Assembly: GCA_012524135.1 (NCBI GenBank)
Contig: JAAYSE010000131.1
Location: forward strand, 1-59,399
DNA from: Candidatus Epulonipiscium sp.
Lineage (GTDB): Bacteria > Bacillota > Clostridia > Lachnospirales > JAAYNZ01
DNA: 59,399 bases
Direction of reading: 5' to 3'
Each line of letters starts with the position of its first letter. Within the stretch, counting starts at the first letter, position 1. Both the position numbers and the translations under genes were made by a program. Of this stretch, positions 9,237 to 18,379 are shown piece by piece. Below the pieces are notes generated by a model that ran no database searches, had not been told where the DNA came from, and saw only the letters and a program-made list of their open reading frames with translations.

Positions 9237-10748
9237 ATGAGTACACTGGAAAAGATCAATGAACTCAATCACCTTCGACAATCGATTGAAACAGGGATTC
9301 AATCAGAAGGGACAAAAGCAGCTCGGGAACGTATTCATGCTTTGTTAGATGATAATAGTTTTGTAGAAATTGGTGCTTTTGTAAAGCATCGTAATACAGA
9401 CTTTAACATATCAGACAAAGAAACACCAGCGGATGGTGTTGTAACTGGATATGGAACCATTGATGGACGTCTGGTTTTTGTATACAGTCAAGATGCGACT
9501 GTATTAGGTGGATCGGTTGGAGAAATGCATGCAAAAAAAATTGTAAAAACTTATGAGCAAGCAATGAAAATGGGTGCACCTATTATTGGATTATTAGATT
9601 CTACTGGTTTACGTTTGCAAGAAGGATTGGATGGATTAGAAGGATATGGTGCAATCTTTTTGCAACAAACATTAGCCTCTGGAGTGATTCCTCAAATTGT
9701 AGGAGTATTCGGTGATTGTGCAGGTGGAGCTACTTTTTCAGCTGGATTAGCTGATTTTGTTTTTATGACATCTAAGAATGCACGTTTGTTTGTGAATAGT
9801 CCTAATACAATGGATAAAAAAGCAAATTTTGAAAATGTAGGAAGTAGTCAAGTTCATGCCTCACAAACAGGTATTGCACAGTTTGTTCATGAAACAGAAG
9901 AAGATAGTATTCATGCTATAAGAAATTTAGTTAACTATTTACCTGCTAATAATATGGAAGAGGCTTTATGCTTTGAAACTCAAGATGATTTAAATCGAGT
10001 ATCAGAAGAATTAAATACGTTAGTACCAGATAATGCAAAGGATAATTTTGATATGACTGTATTAGTACAAGCGATTGCAGATCAAAAAGAAGTATTAGAA
10101 ATCAATTCATCCTTTGCGAAAAATTTATTTACTGGTTTGGTACGATTAAATGGTATGACAGTAGGAATTATTGCTAATCAATCCATGGAGAAAGATGGAT
10201 TGTTAAATGGAGTAGCTTGTGAAAAAGGTGCTAATTTTGTACGACTTTGTGACGCTTTTAACATACCTATCGTAACTTTTACAGATGCTGGTGGATTTGA
10301 AGCGTCTATGGAAGAAGAAAATCAAGGATTATCTAAAAAAGCTTCTAAACTTATCCATGCTTTTGCTCATGCTACAGTACCAAAAGTAAATGTATTGGTT
10401 CGTAGAGCTTTTGGTAGTGCTTATGTAGCGATGAATAGTAAACATATTGGAGCAGATATTGTATTTGCATGGCCTACAGCACAAGTGGCTGTTATGAACG
10501 CAGAAGCTGCTGTAAACATTATGTATCAAAAAGAATTAGCGGATGCAAAGCAACCCAATGCGTTACGAGCTGAAAAGATAGAAGAATTTTCACGTTTACA
10601 AGCTAGTCCTTATACTGCTGCAAGTCGAGGATATGTTGATGATGTCATTGAGCCTGCAGCTACTCGTAAACGAGTGATAGCAGCTTTAGAAATGTTATAT
10701 ACAAAAAGAGATCCTCGACCAGCTAAAAAACAAAGCACAGTATTATAA
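9237..10748 (+). CDS. Acyl-CoA carboxyltransferase (methylmalonyl-CoA/glutaconyl-CoA decarboxylase alpha, propionyl-CoA carboxylase beta family), divergent member
   Basis: ATG 9237 follows GGAGGGAAC. About 503 aa, colinear with MmdA/PccB-type 12S carboxyltransferases (...DDNSFVEIGAFVKHR..., ...GVVTGYGTIDGRLVFVYSQD...GGSVGEMHAKKI..., ...AFGSAYVAM...). Confidence 0.85.
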   Translation: MSTLEKINELNHLRQSIETGIQSEGTKAARERIHALLDDNSFVEIGAFVKHRNTDFNISDKETPADGVVTGYGTIDGRLVFVYSQDATVLGGSVGEMHAKKIVKTYEQAMKMGAPIIGLLDSTGLRLQEGLDGLEGYGAIFLQQTLASGVIPQIVGVFGDCAGGATFSAGLADFVFMTSKNARLFVNSPNTMDKKANFENVGSSQVHASQTGIAQFVHETEEDSIHAIRNLVNYLPANNMEEALCFETQDDLNRVSEELNTLVPDNAKDNFDMTVLVQAIADQKEVLEINSSFAKNLFTGLVRLNGMTVGIIANQSMEKDGLLNGVACEKGANFVRLCDAFNIPIVTFTDAGGFEASMEEENQGLSKKASKLIHAFAHATVPKVNVLVRRAFGSAYVAMNSKHIGADIVFAWPTAQVAVMNAEAAVNIMYQKELADAKQPNALRAEKIEEFSRLQASPYTAASRGYVDDVIEPAATRKRVIAALEMLYTKRDPRPAKKQSTVL

Positions 10749-10775
10749 TGTGGATTCAATAAATGAGGTGATAAA

Positions 10776-11114
10776 ATGAATGCATTAGCAGAAGGCTTAA
10801 CCGTTACCATTGTTGGTATGGGGATTACTTTGTTAGCTTTACTAGCTTTATCCTATATATTAGATATATTTGGAGCGTTCAGTAAAGCAAAGCCCAAAGC
10901 AAAAGCTCAACCAGTTCCAGAGGTATCTGAAGAGATAGAAGAGGTAGATGAAACAGATGATTTAGAATTGGTAGCCGTCATTACAGCTGCCATTGCTGCT
11001 AGTTTAAATACAACAACGGATCAATTGCAAGTGAGATCTTTTAGAAGAGTAGGAGTCCAAGGTTCTACTTGGAGTCGTACAGCTAAACAAGAGAATTTAA
11101 AAATCATTGAATAA
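10776..11114 (+). CDS. OadG/MmdD-type small membrane anchor subunit of Na+-translocating decarboxylase
   Basis: 112 aa with one N-terminal TM helix (GLTVTIVGMGITLLALLALSYIL), an acidic/Ala-rich linker and ...VAVITAAIAA... Its position between the carboxyltransferase and the BCCP matches the mmd/gcd/oad operons. Confidence 0.75.
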   Translation: MNALAEGLTVTIVGMGITLLALLALSYILDIFGAFSKAKPKAKAQPVPEVSEEIEEVDETDDLELVAVITAAIAASLNTTTDQLQVRSFRRVGVQGSTWSRTAKQENLKIIE

Positions 11115-11153
11115 CTATAGAGAATCATTCAAGATTCAAAGGGAGGAAAAGTC

Positions 11154-11522
11154 ATGAAAAGATTTCAAGTGACCGTAAATGGAAATGTATATGAAGTAGA
11201 AGTAGAAGAATTGGCAGGAGGAGCTAGTGTAACACCAACACCTGTTGTGTCTGCACCTCAACCTGCAGCAAAATCACCTGCAGTTAAAAAATCTTCTGGG
11301 GCAGTGGGTGGTACAAAAGTAGAAGCTCCTATGCCAGGAGTTATTCTTGATATTCGAGTTAAAGAAGGCGATAAAGTTAAAGAAGGAGATGTAGTTGCTA
11401 TATTAGAAGCAATGAAAATGGAAAATGAAATTGTAGCTCCAGCAGCAGGTACTATTGCTTCAATTAATGTGTCTAAAGGGGCTTCTGTAGAAACAGGAGA
11501 TTTGATTGTTTCCATTGGATAA
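11154..11522 (+). CDS. Biotin carboxyl carrier protein (biotinyl domain, 1.3S/MmdC/GcdC-like)
   Basis: 122 aa with an Ala/Pro-rich linker and the biotinylation motif ...ILEAMKMENEI... Confidence 0.9.
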   Translation: MKRFQVTVNGNVYEVEVEELAGGASVTPTPVVSAPQPAAKSPAVKKSSGAVGGTKVEAPMPGVILDIRVKEGDKVKEGDVVAILEAMKMENEIVAPAAGTIASINVSKGASVETGDLIVSIG

Positions 11523-11549
11523 AAAATGTGACACAAGGAGGTAGCCAAT

Positions 11550-12701
11550 ATGGCGTTTATACATGCATTATTAGATGCATTGACTGGTTTTGTAAAAAGT
11601 ACAGGCTTTATGGGATTAACGTACCATAATATTATTATGATTATTGTGGCCTTGATCCTTCTTTATCTAGCTATTAAAAAAGGATATGAGCCATTACTAT
11701 TGGTTCCTATTTCTTTTGGTATGTTATTAGTTAATCTGCCTGGTAACGGTTTAATGGAAGAAGGCGGATTATTATATTATCTATATTTTGGAAATAAACT
11801 GGGGATTTTTCCACCTTTAGTTTTTATGGGTGTGGGGGCTTTAACTGACTTTGGACCTTTAATTGCAAATCCTCGTAGCGTATTATTAGGAGGGGCAGCT
11901 CAATTTGGTATTTTCTTTGCTTTTCTTGGTGCCATTATTTTAAATATGATTTTCCCAGGTTTATTTAATTTGAAAGAAGCAGCTTCGATTGCAATTATTG
12001 GAGGAGCAGATGGACCAACAGCTATTTTCTTAACAAGTCAATTAGCGCCTCATTTGCTAGGACCTATTGCTGTAGCTGCGTACTCTTATATGGCATTAGT
12101 ACCAATTATTCAACCACCAATTATGCGTGCTTTAACAACAAAAAAAGAACGACAAATTAAAATGGATCAATTAAGACCGGTTTCAAAAACAGAAAAAGTT
12201 GTTTTCCCTATTGTTGTTACAATTTTAGTTGTTTTATTATTACCTAGTGCTGCTCCACTAGTTGGAATGTTGATGTTTGGTAATCTCATTCGAGAATGTG
12301 CAGACACACATAATTTAGCTCAAACAGCTTCTAATGGATTAATGTACAGTATTACCATTTTCTTAGGAATGACGGTAGGAGCGACAGCGAGTGCAGAAGC
12401 GTTCTTAAATCCACAAACTTTAGGAATTTTGGCATTAGGATTAGCTGCCTTTTCAGTAGGAACTGCAGCAGGTATTCTTTTTGGTAAAATTATGTGTAAA
12501 GTTAGTGGTGGAAAAGTGAATCCTTTAATTGGAGCTGCAGGTGTATCTGCAGTACCTATGGCAGCGCGAGTGGTTCAAAAAGTAGGTAGTGAAGAAAATC
12601 CAACGAATTTCTTATTAATGCATGCTATGGGACCTAATGTGGCAGGGGTTATTGGTTCTGCGATTGTAGCTGGTATTTTCCTCACATTATATGGTGCTTA
12701 A
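11550..12701 (+). CDS. Na+-translocating decarboxylase beta subunit (OadB/MmdB/GcdB family)
   Basis: 383-aa polytopic membrane protein with ...[18 protein letters not shown]... and ...[12 protein letters not shown]... signatures of the OadB family. Confidence 0.9.
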   Translation: MAFIHALLDALTGFVKSTGFMGLTYHNIIMIIVALILLYLAIKKGYEPLLLVPISFGMLLVNLPGNGLMEEGGLLYYLYFGNKLGIFPPLVFMGVGALTDFGPLIANPRSVLLGGAAQFGIFFAFLGAIILNMIFPGLFNLKEAASIAIIGGADGPTAIFLTSQLAPHLLGPIAVAAYSYMALVPIIQPPIMRALTTKKERQIKMDQLRPVSKTEKVVFPIVVTILVVLLLPSAAPLVGMLMFGNLIRECADTHNLAQTASNGLMYSITIFLGMTVGATASAEAFLNPQTLGILALGLAAFSVGTAAGILFGKIMCKVSGGKVNPLIGAAGVSAVPMAARVVQKVGSEENPTNFLLMHAMGPNVAGVIGSAIVAGIFLTLYGA

Positions 12702-12763
12702 AAGAAATAGAGAATTTAAGGACATAGTGGATTTGAACAACAATCTATAAGGAGGTCACACAG

Positions 12764-14179
12764 ATGGCAGAAAAAATCAAAAAAAGACCAGTGCAAATCA
12801 CAGATACAATTTTACGAGATGCGCACCAGTCTTTAATTGCAACAAGAATGACAACGGAAGATATGCTTCCTATTGTAGAAAAATTAGATCAAGTGGGTTT
12901 TCATGCATTAGAAATGTGGGGGGGAGCAACTTTTGACTCTTGCCTTCGTTTCTTAAAAGAAGATCCTTGGGAGCGACTTCGTAAAATTCGTGCTGTTGCT
13001 AAAAATACAAAACTTCAAATGTTATTACGAGGACAAAATATATTAGGATATCGTCATTATGCAGATGATGTAGTGGAATATTTTGTACAAAAAAGTATTG
13101 CTAATGGAATTGATATTATTCGAATTTTTGATGCTTTAAATGATCCAAGAAATTTAGAGACAGCAGTAAAAGCAACGAAAAAAGAAAAAGGACATGCACA
13201 AGTAGCTGTTTCTTATACATTAAGTGAAGTGCATACTTTAGAATATTATGTAAAACTAGCTAAACAATTAGAAAATATGGGTGCTGATTCTATTTGTATT
13301 AAAGATATGGCTGGATTATTGCTCCCTTATTCCGCTTATGAATTGGTTTCTGCATTAAAGAAAGCAGTAAAAATACCCATTAATATGCATGGACATTATA
13401 CTAGTGGTGTAGTAGCTATGACTTATATGAAAGCGATAGAAGCAGGTGCTGATATTATCGATACTGCTATATCACCTTTTTCTATGGGAACATCACAACC
13501 AGCTACAGAAGTAATGGTAGAAACGTTTAAAGGAACCCCTTATGATACTGGTTTAGATCAAAAATTATTAAGTGAAATTGCAGGCTATTTTAGACCATTA
13601 CGAGATAAAGCGATGGAAGAAGGGCTTCTTAATCCTAAGGTATTAGGAGTAGATATTCAAACTTTATTGTATCAAGTACCAGGAGGTATGTTATCTAATT
13701 TAGTTTCTCAATTAAAACAACAGGGAGCAGAAGATAGATATTATGATGTATTACAAGAAATACCTCGAGTAAGAGCAGATTTTGGATATCCTCCACTTGT
13801 TACACCTAGTAGTCAAATTGTAGGTACTCAAGCGGTATTGAATGTACTAACAGGTGAACGTTATAAAATGATTACTAAAGAATCGAAAGCTTTAGTAAGG
13901 GGAGAATATGGAAGAACTCCTGTACCTATTAGTAAAGAAATACAAAAGACGATTATTGGAGATGAGAAACCTATTACTTGTCGTCCAGCGGATTTACTAA
14001 AACCAGAATTAAAAGAAATTGAAAAACAAATGAAACAATATAAAGAACAAGAGGAAGATGTACTATCTTATGCCCTTTTCCCTCAAGTAGCGGAAGATTT
14101 TTTCAAATATCGTCAAGCACAAAAAACAAAAGTGGATCCTACATTAGTGGATCAAGAAAATAAGGTTTATCCTGTATAA
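12764..14179 (+). CDS. oadA: Oxaloacetate decarboxylase alpha / transcarboxylase 5S-type carboxyltransferase, lacking a biotinyl domain
   Basis: 471 aa with ...ITDTILRDAHQSL..., ...ICIKDMAGLL... and ...NMHGHYTSG... (metal and carbamyl-Lys ligands). There is no AMKM motif and no C-terminal biotin domain. Confidence 0.85.
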   Translation: MAEKIKKRPVQITDTILRDAHQSLIATRMTTEDMLPIVEKLDQVGFHALEMWGGATFDSCLRFLKEDPWERLRKIRAVAKNTKLQMLLRGQNILGYRHYADDVVEYFVQKSIANGIDIIRIFDALNDPRNLETAVKATKKEKGHAQVAVSYTLSEVHTLEYYVKLAKQLENMGADSICIKDMAGLLLPYSAYELVSALKKAVKIPINMHGHYTSGVVAMTYMKAIEAGADIIDTAISPFSMGTSQPATEVMVETFKGTPYDTGLDQKLLSEIAGYFRPLRDKAMEEGLLNPKVLGVDIQTLLYQVPGGMLSNLVSQLKQQGAEDRYYDVLQEIPRVRADFGYPPLVTPSSQIVGTQAVLNVLTGERYKMITKESKALVRGEYGRTPVPISKEIQKTIIGDEKPITCRPADLLKPELKEIEKQMKQYKEQEEDVLSYALFPQVAEDFFKYRQAQKTKVDPTLVDQENKVYPV

Positions 14180-14186
14180 AGGTATA

Positions 14187-14216
14187 AAACAAGCCCGTAT
14201 ATACGGGCTTGTTTTA
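14187..14216 (+). terminator. Rho-independent terminator ending decarboxylase operon
   Basis: Perfect hairpin AAAACAAGCCCGTAT / ATACGGGCTTGTTTT (14187-14215) with a T run. Confidence 0.85.
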
Positions 14217-14419
14217 TGTTTATATGAAAGAAATTTGATAATTTTATGGAAGAAAAATTTTAGTAGAGTATTTCTAACGTTGTAAAAGCTATAATATAAG
14301 ATATAATAAGAAGTATAAAATAGAATTACTTATAATTAATAAAGAATATAAGGAAAATAGAAAAGGGCAGGTGAAAGGCGTTTCCTCAGAAATATAGTTA
14401 GGAGGTTTATGCCATAAAA

Positions 14420-15331
14420 GTGAAAAATCAAAATGATTTAATTCAACGCATTAATGAAAATATGCCAAGGCTAAGTAAAGGACAAAGATTATTAGCTAAT
14501 TATATTTTAAATCATTATGAAAAAGCTGTATTTTTAACGGCTTCTAAGTTAGGGAAAATTGTGGGAGTTAGTGAATCAACGGTGGTTCGTTTTGCTAATG
14601 AATTAGGATATGATGGATATCCTAAATTACAAAGAGCTTTAGAAGAGTTAGTTAAAACGAAATTAACATCTGTTCAACGAATTGAAGTCACTTCTGATCG
14701 TTTAGAAAATCAACATGTATTAAAATCTGTATTACAATCCGATGCGGAAAAAATTCGTTTAACTTTAGAAGAAATTGATGAAGAAGATTTTGATAAGGCT
14801 GTAGATGCTATTTTAGAAGCAAAAAGAGTTTATATATTAGGCGTTCGAAGTTCTGCTTCATTGGCTAGTTTTTTAGGATTTTATATGAATTTAATGTTTG
14901 ATAATATTAAGTTAATTCATACAAATAGTGTTAGTGAGATGTTTGAACAAATTCATCGGTTAGGGCCAGAAGATGTAGTAATAGGCATTAGTTTTCCGAG
15001 ATATTCAAAAAGAACTTTAAAGGCTATAGAGTTTGCACATACACAAAAAGCAACGGTTATTTCTATCACAGATAGTCCTCTATCTCCTATGACTCAATAT
15101 GCAGATTATAATTTATTAGCAAGAAGCGATATGGCTTCTTTTGTAGATTCTTTAGTAGCCCCTATGAGTCTCATTAATGCTTTAATTGTAGCCTTAAGTA
15201 TGAAAAAGAAGACAGAAATTAAGGAATCTTTAGAGCATCTAGAAAAGATTTGGACAAAGTATCAAGTATATGATACAAATGAAGATTCAAATTTAACGTA
15301 TTCTTTAAATCGTAATCGAGGAGATGTGTAG
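14420..15331 (+). CDS. MurR/RpiR family transcriptional regulator (HTH + SIS domain)
   Basis: An N-terminal HTH_6 region (...LSKGQRLLANYILNHYEKAVFLTASKLGKIVGVSESTVVRFANELGYDGY...) followed by a SIS domain. The start is GTG 14420, with ATG 14462 as an alternative. Confidence 0.85.
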   Translation: MKNQNDLIQRINENMPRLSKGQRLLANYILNHYEKAVFLTASKLGKIVGVSESTVVRFANELGYDGYPKLQRALEELVKTKLTSVQRIEVTSDRLENQHVLKSVLQSDAEKIRLTLEEIDEEDFDKAVDAILEAKRVYILGVRSSASLASFLGFYMNLMFDNIKLIHTNSVSEMFEQIHRLGPEDVVIGISFPRYSKRTLKAIEFAHTQKATVISITDSPLSPMTQYADYNLLARSDMASFVDSLVAPMSLINALIVALSMKKKTEIKESLEHLEKIWTKYQVYDTNEDSNLTYSLNRNRGDV

Positions 15332-15333
15332 GT

Positions 15334-15939
15334 ATGGCAAAATGGTATTTAATTCGACATGGAGAAACAGAATGGAATACTCTTGGTAAATACCAAGGAA
15401 GTAGTGATATTCCTTTATCTTCAAAAGGAATACAGCAAGCAGAAAAATTAAAAGAGAAAATGTCTTCAATATCCTTAAGTGCTATTTATTCTTCTGATTT
15501 ACAGCGTGCATATAAAACTGCTAAACCGATTGCTCTTTCTCATCATCTTTCCATTCAGCCTTTAGATTTAATTAGAGAAATTAATTTTGGAGAATGGGAA
15601 GGATACACAGCTGAAGAACTAAAAAAGAAATATGGGAAATCATATGAACAATTTTCAAAAGAACCTTTTGCATATAATTTTCCAGGAGAAGGCTCTTTAA
15701 ACAATGTGCAAAAACGAGCAAAAAAAGCAATAGAAATAATTCAAAAAAATCATTCTACAGGAAATATAGCTATTGTAGCACATGGAGGTATTTTAAAAGT
15801 AATAATAATTGAATTATTGGGATGGGATATATCCTTTTATAAACAATTTTGGTTAGGGAATACATCTATTTCTACCATTCAGTTAAAACAAAATGGAAAG
15901 CATATATTAGCGCATTTAAATGATATGGGACATTTATAA
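15334..15939 (+). CDS. Histidine phosphatase family protein (phosphoglycerate mutase-like / CobC-like)
   Basis: RHGETEWN catalytic motif at the N-terminus and ...VAHGG... near the C-terminus; 201 aa. Confidence 0.85.
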   Translation: MAKWYLIRHGETEWNTLGKYQGSSDIPLSSKGIQQAEKLKEKMSSISLSAIYSSDLQRAYKTAKPIALSHHLSIQPLDLIREINFGEWEGYTAEELKKKYGKSYEQFSKEPFAYNFPGEGSLNNVQKRAKKAIEIIQKNHSTGNIAIVAHGGILKVIIIELLGWDISFYKQFWLGNTSISTIQLKQNGKHILAHLNDMGHL

Positions 15940-15995
15940 AAAAATAAATCTATGAATAGAATAAAAAGCAATTAGACAAGAAAGGATTTATAGAC

Positions 15996-17222
15996 ATGAA
16001 AAAGGTATTAGTCGTAGGTGGCGGACCAGCAGGCATGATGGCAGCAGGTGTTGCTGCTCAAAAAGGACATGAAGTACATCTATTCGAAAAAAATTCACGT
16101 TTAGGGAAAAAATTAGGAATTACTGGTAAAGGTAGATGTAATCTAACAAATGATAGTGATATAGAAAATTTTATGGAACAAATAAATGGAAATACGAAAT
16201 TTTTATATAGTGCATTTTATCAATGGAAACCTAAAGATGTGATGAATTTTTTTGCTACTCATGGGGTAAAAACGAAAGTAGAAAGAGGTAATCGTGTTTT
16301 TCCTGTTTCAGATCGAGCATACGATGTGATTCAAGCATTTATCGAGTTTTTAATTCAAACAGGTGTACATATTCATTGTAATACAGAAGTAAAAGATCTA
16401 TGGGTAGAGAATGATCAGTTAAAAGGAATTCTATTTCAAAATGGGACATATGAATCGGGAGAGGCAGTTATTATAGCTACAGGAGGATTATCTTATCCTA
16501 AGACGGGTTCTACTGGACAGGGGTATATAATGGCTAAAAAAGTTGGACATTCTATTACACCATGCTTTCCTTCTTTGGTTCCTTTAGTTGCAAAAGAAAA
16601 ATGGGTTACTGATTTACAAGGTCTTAGCCTTAAAAATGTAAAGGTAACGATGAAAACACAAAAAGGAAAGATACTTTATCAAGATTTTGGTGAAATGATG
16701 TTTACTCATTATGGTGTATCAGGTCCTATTATTTTAAGTGCCAGTCGAAGTATTGTACCTTATAAAGAGTCCATTGATTTATATATTGATTTAAAGCCAT
16801 CTTTAGATATACCCACTTTGGATAGGAGAATTATTAGAGATTTAGAAAAGTTTAAGATGAAAGATTTTAACAATTCATTATATGATTTATTACCAAAGGC
16901 ATTAATTCCAATAGTGATTCAACTTTCTGAGATTTCTCCAGATAAAAAAACTCATTTAATTACGAAGGAAGAAAGAAAAAGATTAATTCATGTGTTGAAA
17001 GAAATGAAAATAACGATTATAGGTAATCGTGGTTATTCAGAAGCAATTGTTACTGCTGGTGGTGTTAAAGTGCAAGAACTTTCTCCTAAGACGATGGAAT
17101 CAAAATATATGAAAGGATTATATTTTGTTGGTGAGGTTTTGGATGTAGATGGATACACAGGGGGTTATAATTTACAAATTGCTTTTTCTACAGGATATGT
17201 AGCAGGCTCTCATATATATTAA
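15996..17222 (+). CDS. NAD(P)/FAD-dependent oxidoreductase, HI0933/YhiN/BaiN-like flavoprotein
   Basis: N-terminal VVGGGPAGMMAA dinucleotide-binding motif. 408 aa, with a C-terminal ...GEVLDVDGYTGGYNLQIAFSTG... typical of this family. Confidence 0.85.
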   Translation: MKKVLVVGGGPAGMMAAGVAAQKGHEVHLFEKNSRLGKKLGITGKGRCNLTNDSDIENFMEQINGNTKFLYSAFYQWKPKDVMNFFATHGVKTKVERGNRVFPVSDRAYDVIQAFIEFLIQTGVHIHCNTEVKDLWVENDQLKGILFQNGTYESGEAVIIATGGLSYPKTGSTGQGYIMAKKVGHSITPCFPSLVPLVAKEKWVTDLQGLSLKNVKVTMKTQKGKILYQDFGEMMFTHYGVSGPIILSASRSIVPYKESIDLYIDLKPSLDIPTLDRRIIRDLEKFKMKDFNNSLYDLLPKALIPIVIQLSEISPDKKTHLITKEERKRLIHVLKEMKITIIGNRGYSEAIVTAGGVKVQELSPKTMESKYMKGLYFVGEVLDVDGYTGGYNLQIAFSTGYVAGSHIY

Positions 17223-17305
17223 AAAGACTCTTGTGTTCTTAGCAATAGTATTTTATAATAGATAAGTGAGAGTTTTAATATCACAATCATAAAGGAATGA
17301 ACATA

Positions 17306-17671
17306 ATGAATATAGGTGCCATTAGAGGGGCTATTACGGTACAAGAAAATACCCCAGATGGAATTATTCAAGACACATCATATCTTTTACAAGAGATAAT
17401 AAAAAGAAATCACATATTTATATCGGATATTATTTCTATTTGTTTTACGGCTACGGATGATTTAGATGCAGCCTATCCAGCAGTAGCAGCTAGGCAATTA
17501 GGAATTACACAAGCCGCTTTGATGTGTTTTCAAGAAATGAAAGTAATAAACAGCTTACAAAAATGCATTCGGGTAATGATACAAGTTAAAACTGAATCTG
17601 CTCAAGCTGATATTCAACATGTTTATTTGAAACAGGCGGCTACATTACGACCTGATTTAGTTGAAAAATGA
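17306..17671 (+). CDS. aroH: Chorismate mutase, AroH type
   Basis: MNIGAIRGAITVQENT... is colinear with B. subtilis AroH (IRGIRGATTV). ATG 17306 lies 9 nt after AAAGGA; the track ORF starts 9 nt earlier. Confidence 0.8.
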   Translation: MNIGAIRGAITVQENTPDGIIQDTSYLLQEIIKRNHIFISDIISICFTATDDLDAAYPAVAARQLGITQAALMCFQEMKVINSLQKCIRVMIQVKTESAQADIQHVYLKQAATLRPDLVEK

Positions 17672-17712
17672 GTATTATAAGAATGATATTGTAAGATTTA
17701 GGAGGAAATCCT

Positions 17713-18366
17713 ATGGAATATATTAGCGTTGCTATTGATGGTCCTGCAGGTGCTGGAAAAAGTACTATTGCAAAAGCTGTAGCAAATGCTTTACATTTTA
17801 TTTATGTTGATACGGGAGCCATGTATAGAACCGTGGCTCTTTACTGTATAGAACATGGAATTAAAGATGAATCCCAAATTGCAAATGTCATGGATTATAT
17901 TAACATTGAATTAAGATACGAAGGTAACGAACAACAAGTTTTCCTAAATGGTCAGGATGTAACTCATAAAATTCGTACGTCAAAGGTATCTCAAATGGCT
18001 TCTTATGTAGCTACTTTTCCATCTGTACGTGATAAATTAGTAGAATATCAAAAGGAGATTGCAAAAAAGCAATCTGTTGTGATGGATGGTAGAGATATTG
18101 GAACTAATGTACTTCCAAAAGCTACTGTTAAAATATTTTTAACAGCAACATCTACAGAAAGAGCAAGAAGGCGTTATCTAGAAATGCAGCAAAAGGGTAT
18201 AGAGTGTAACTTGTTAGAAATAAAGGAAGAAATCGATAAAAGAGATAAACAAGATAAAACTCGTACTTTTGCACCATTAAAAAAAGCAGAAGATGCAGTA
18301 GAGGTAGATACAACAGGATTTACTATAGATCAAGTGGTGAAACGAATTTTAGCGTTAATTCCATAA
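17713..18366 (+). CDS. cmk: Cytidylate kinase
   Basis: P-loop AIDGPAGAGKST and ...VDTGAMYR...; 217 aa, located upstream of the S1 gene as in Bacillus. Confidence 0.93.
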   Translation: MEYISVAIDGPAGAGKSTIAKAVANALHFIYVDTGAMYRTVALYCIEHGIKDESQIANVMDYINIELRYEGNEQQVFLNGQDVTHKIRTSKVSQMASYVATFPSVRDKLVEYQKEIAKKQSVVMDGRDIGTNVLPKATVKIFLTATSTERARRRYLEMQQKGIECNLLEIKEEIDKRDKQDKTRTFAPLKKAEDAVEVDTTGFTIDQVVKRILALIP

Positions 18367-18379
18367 AGGAGAATGTAAA

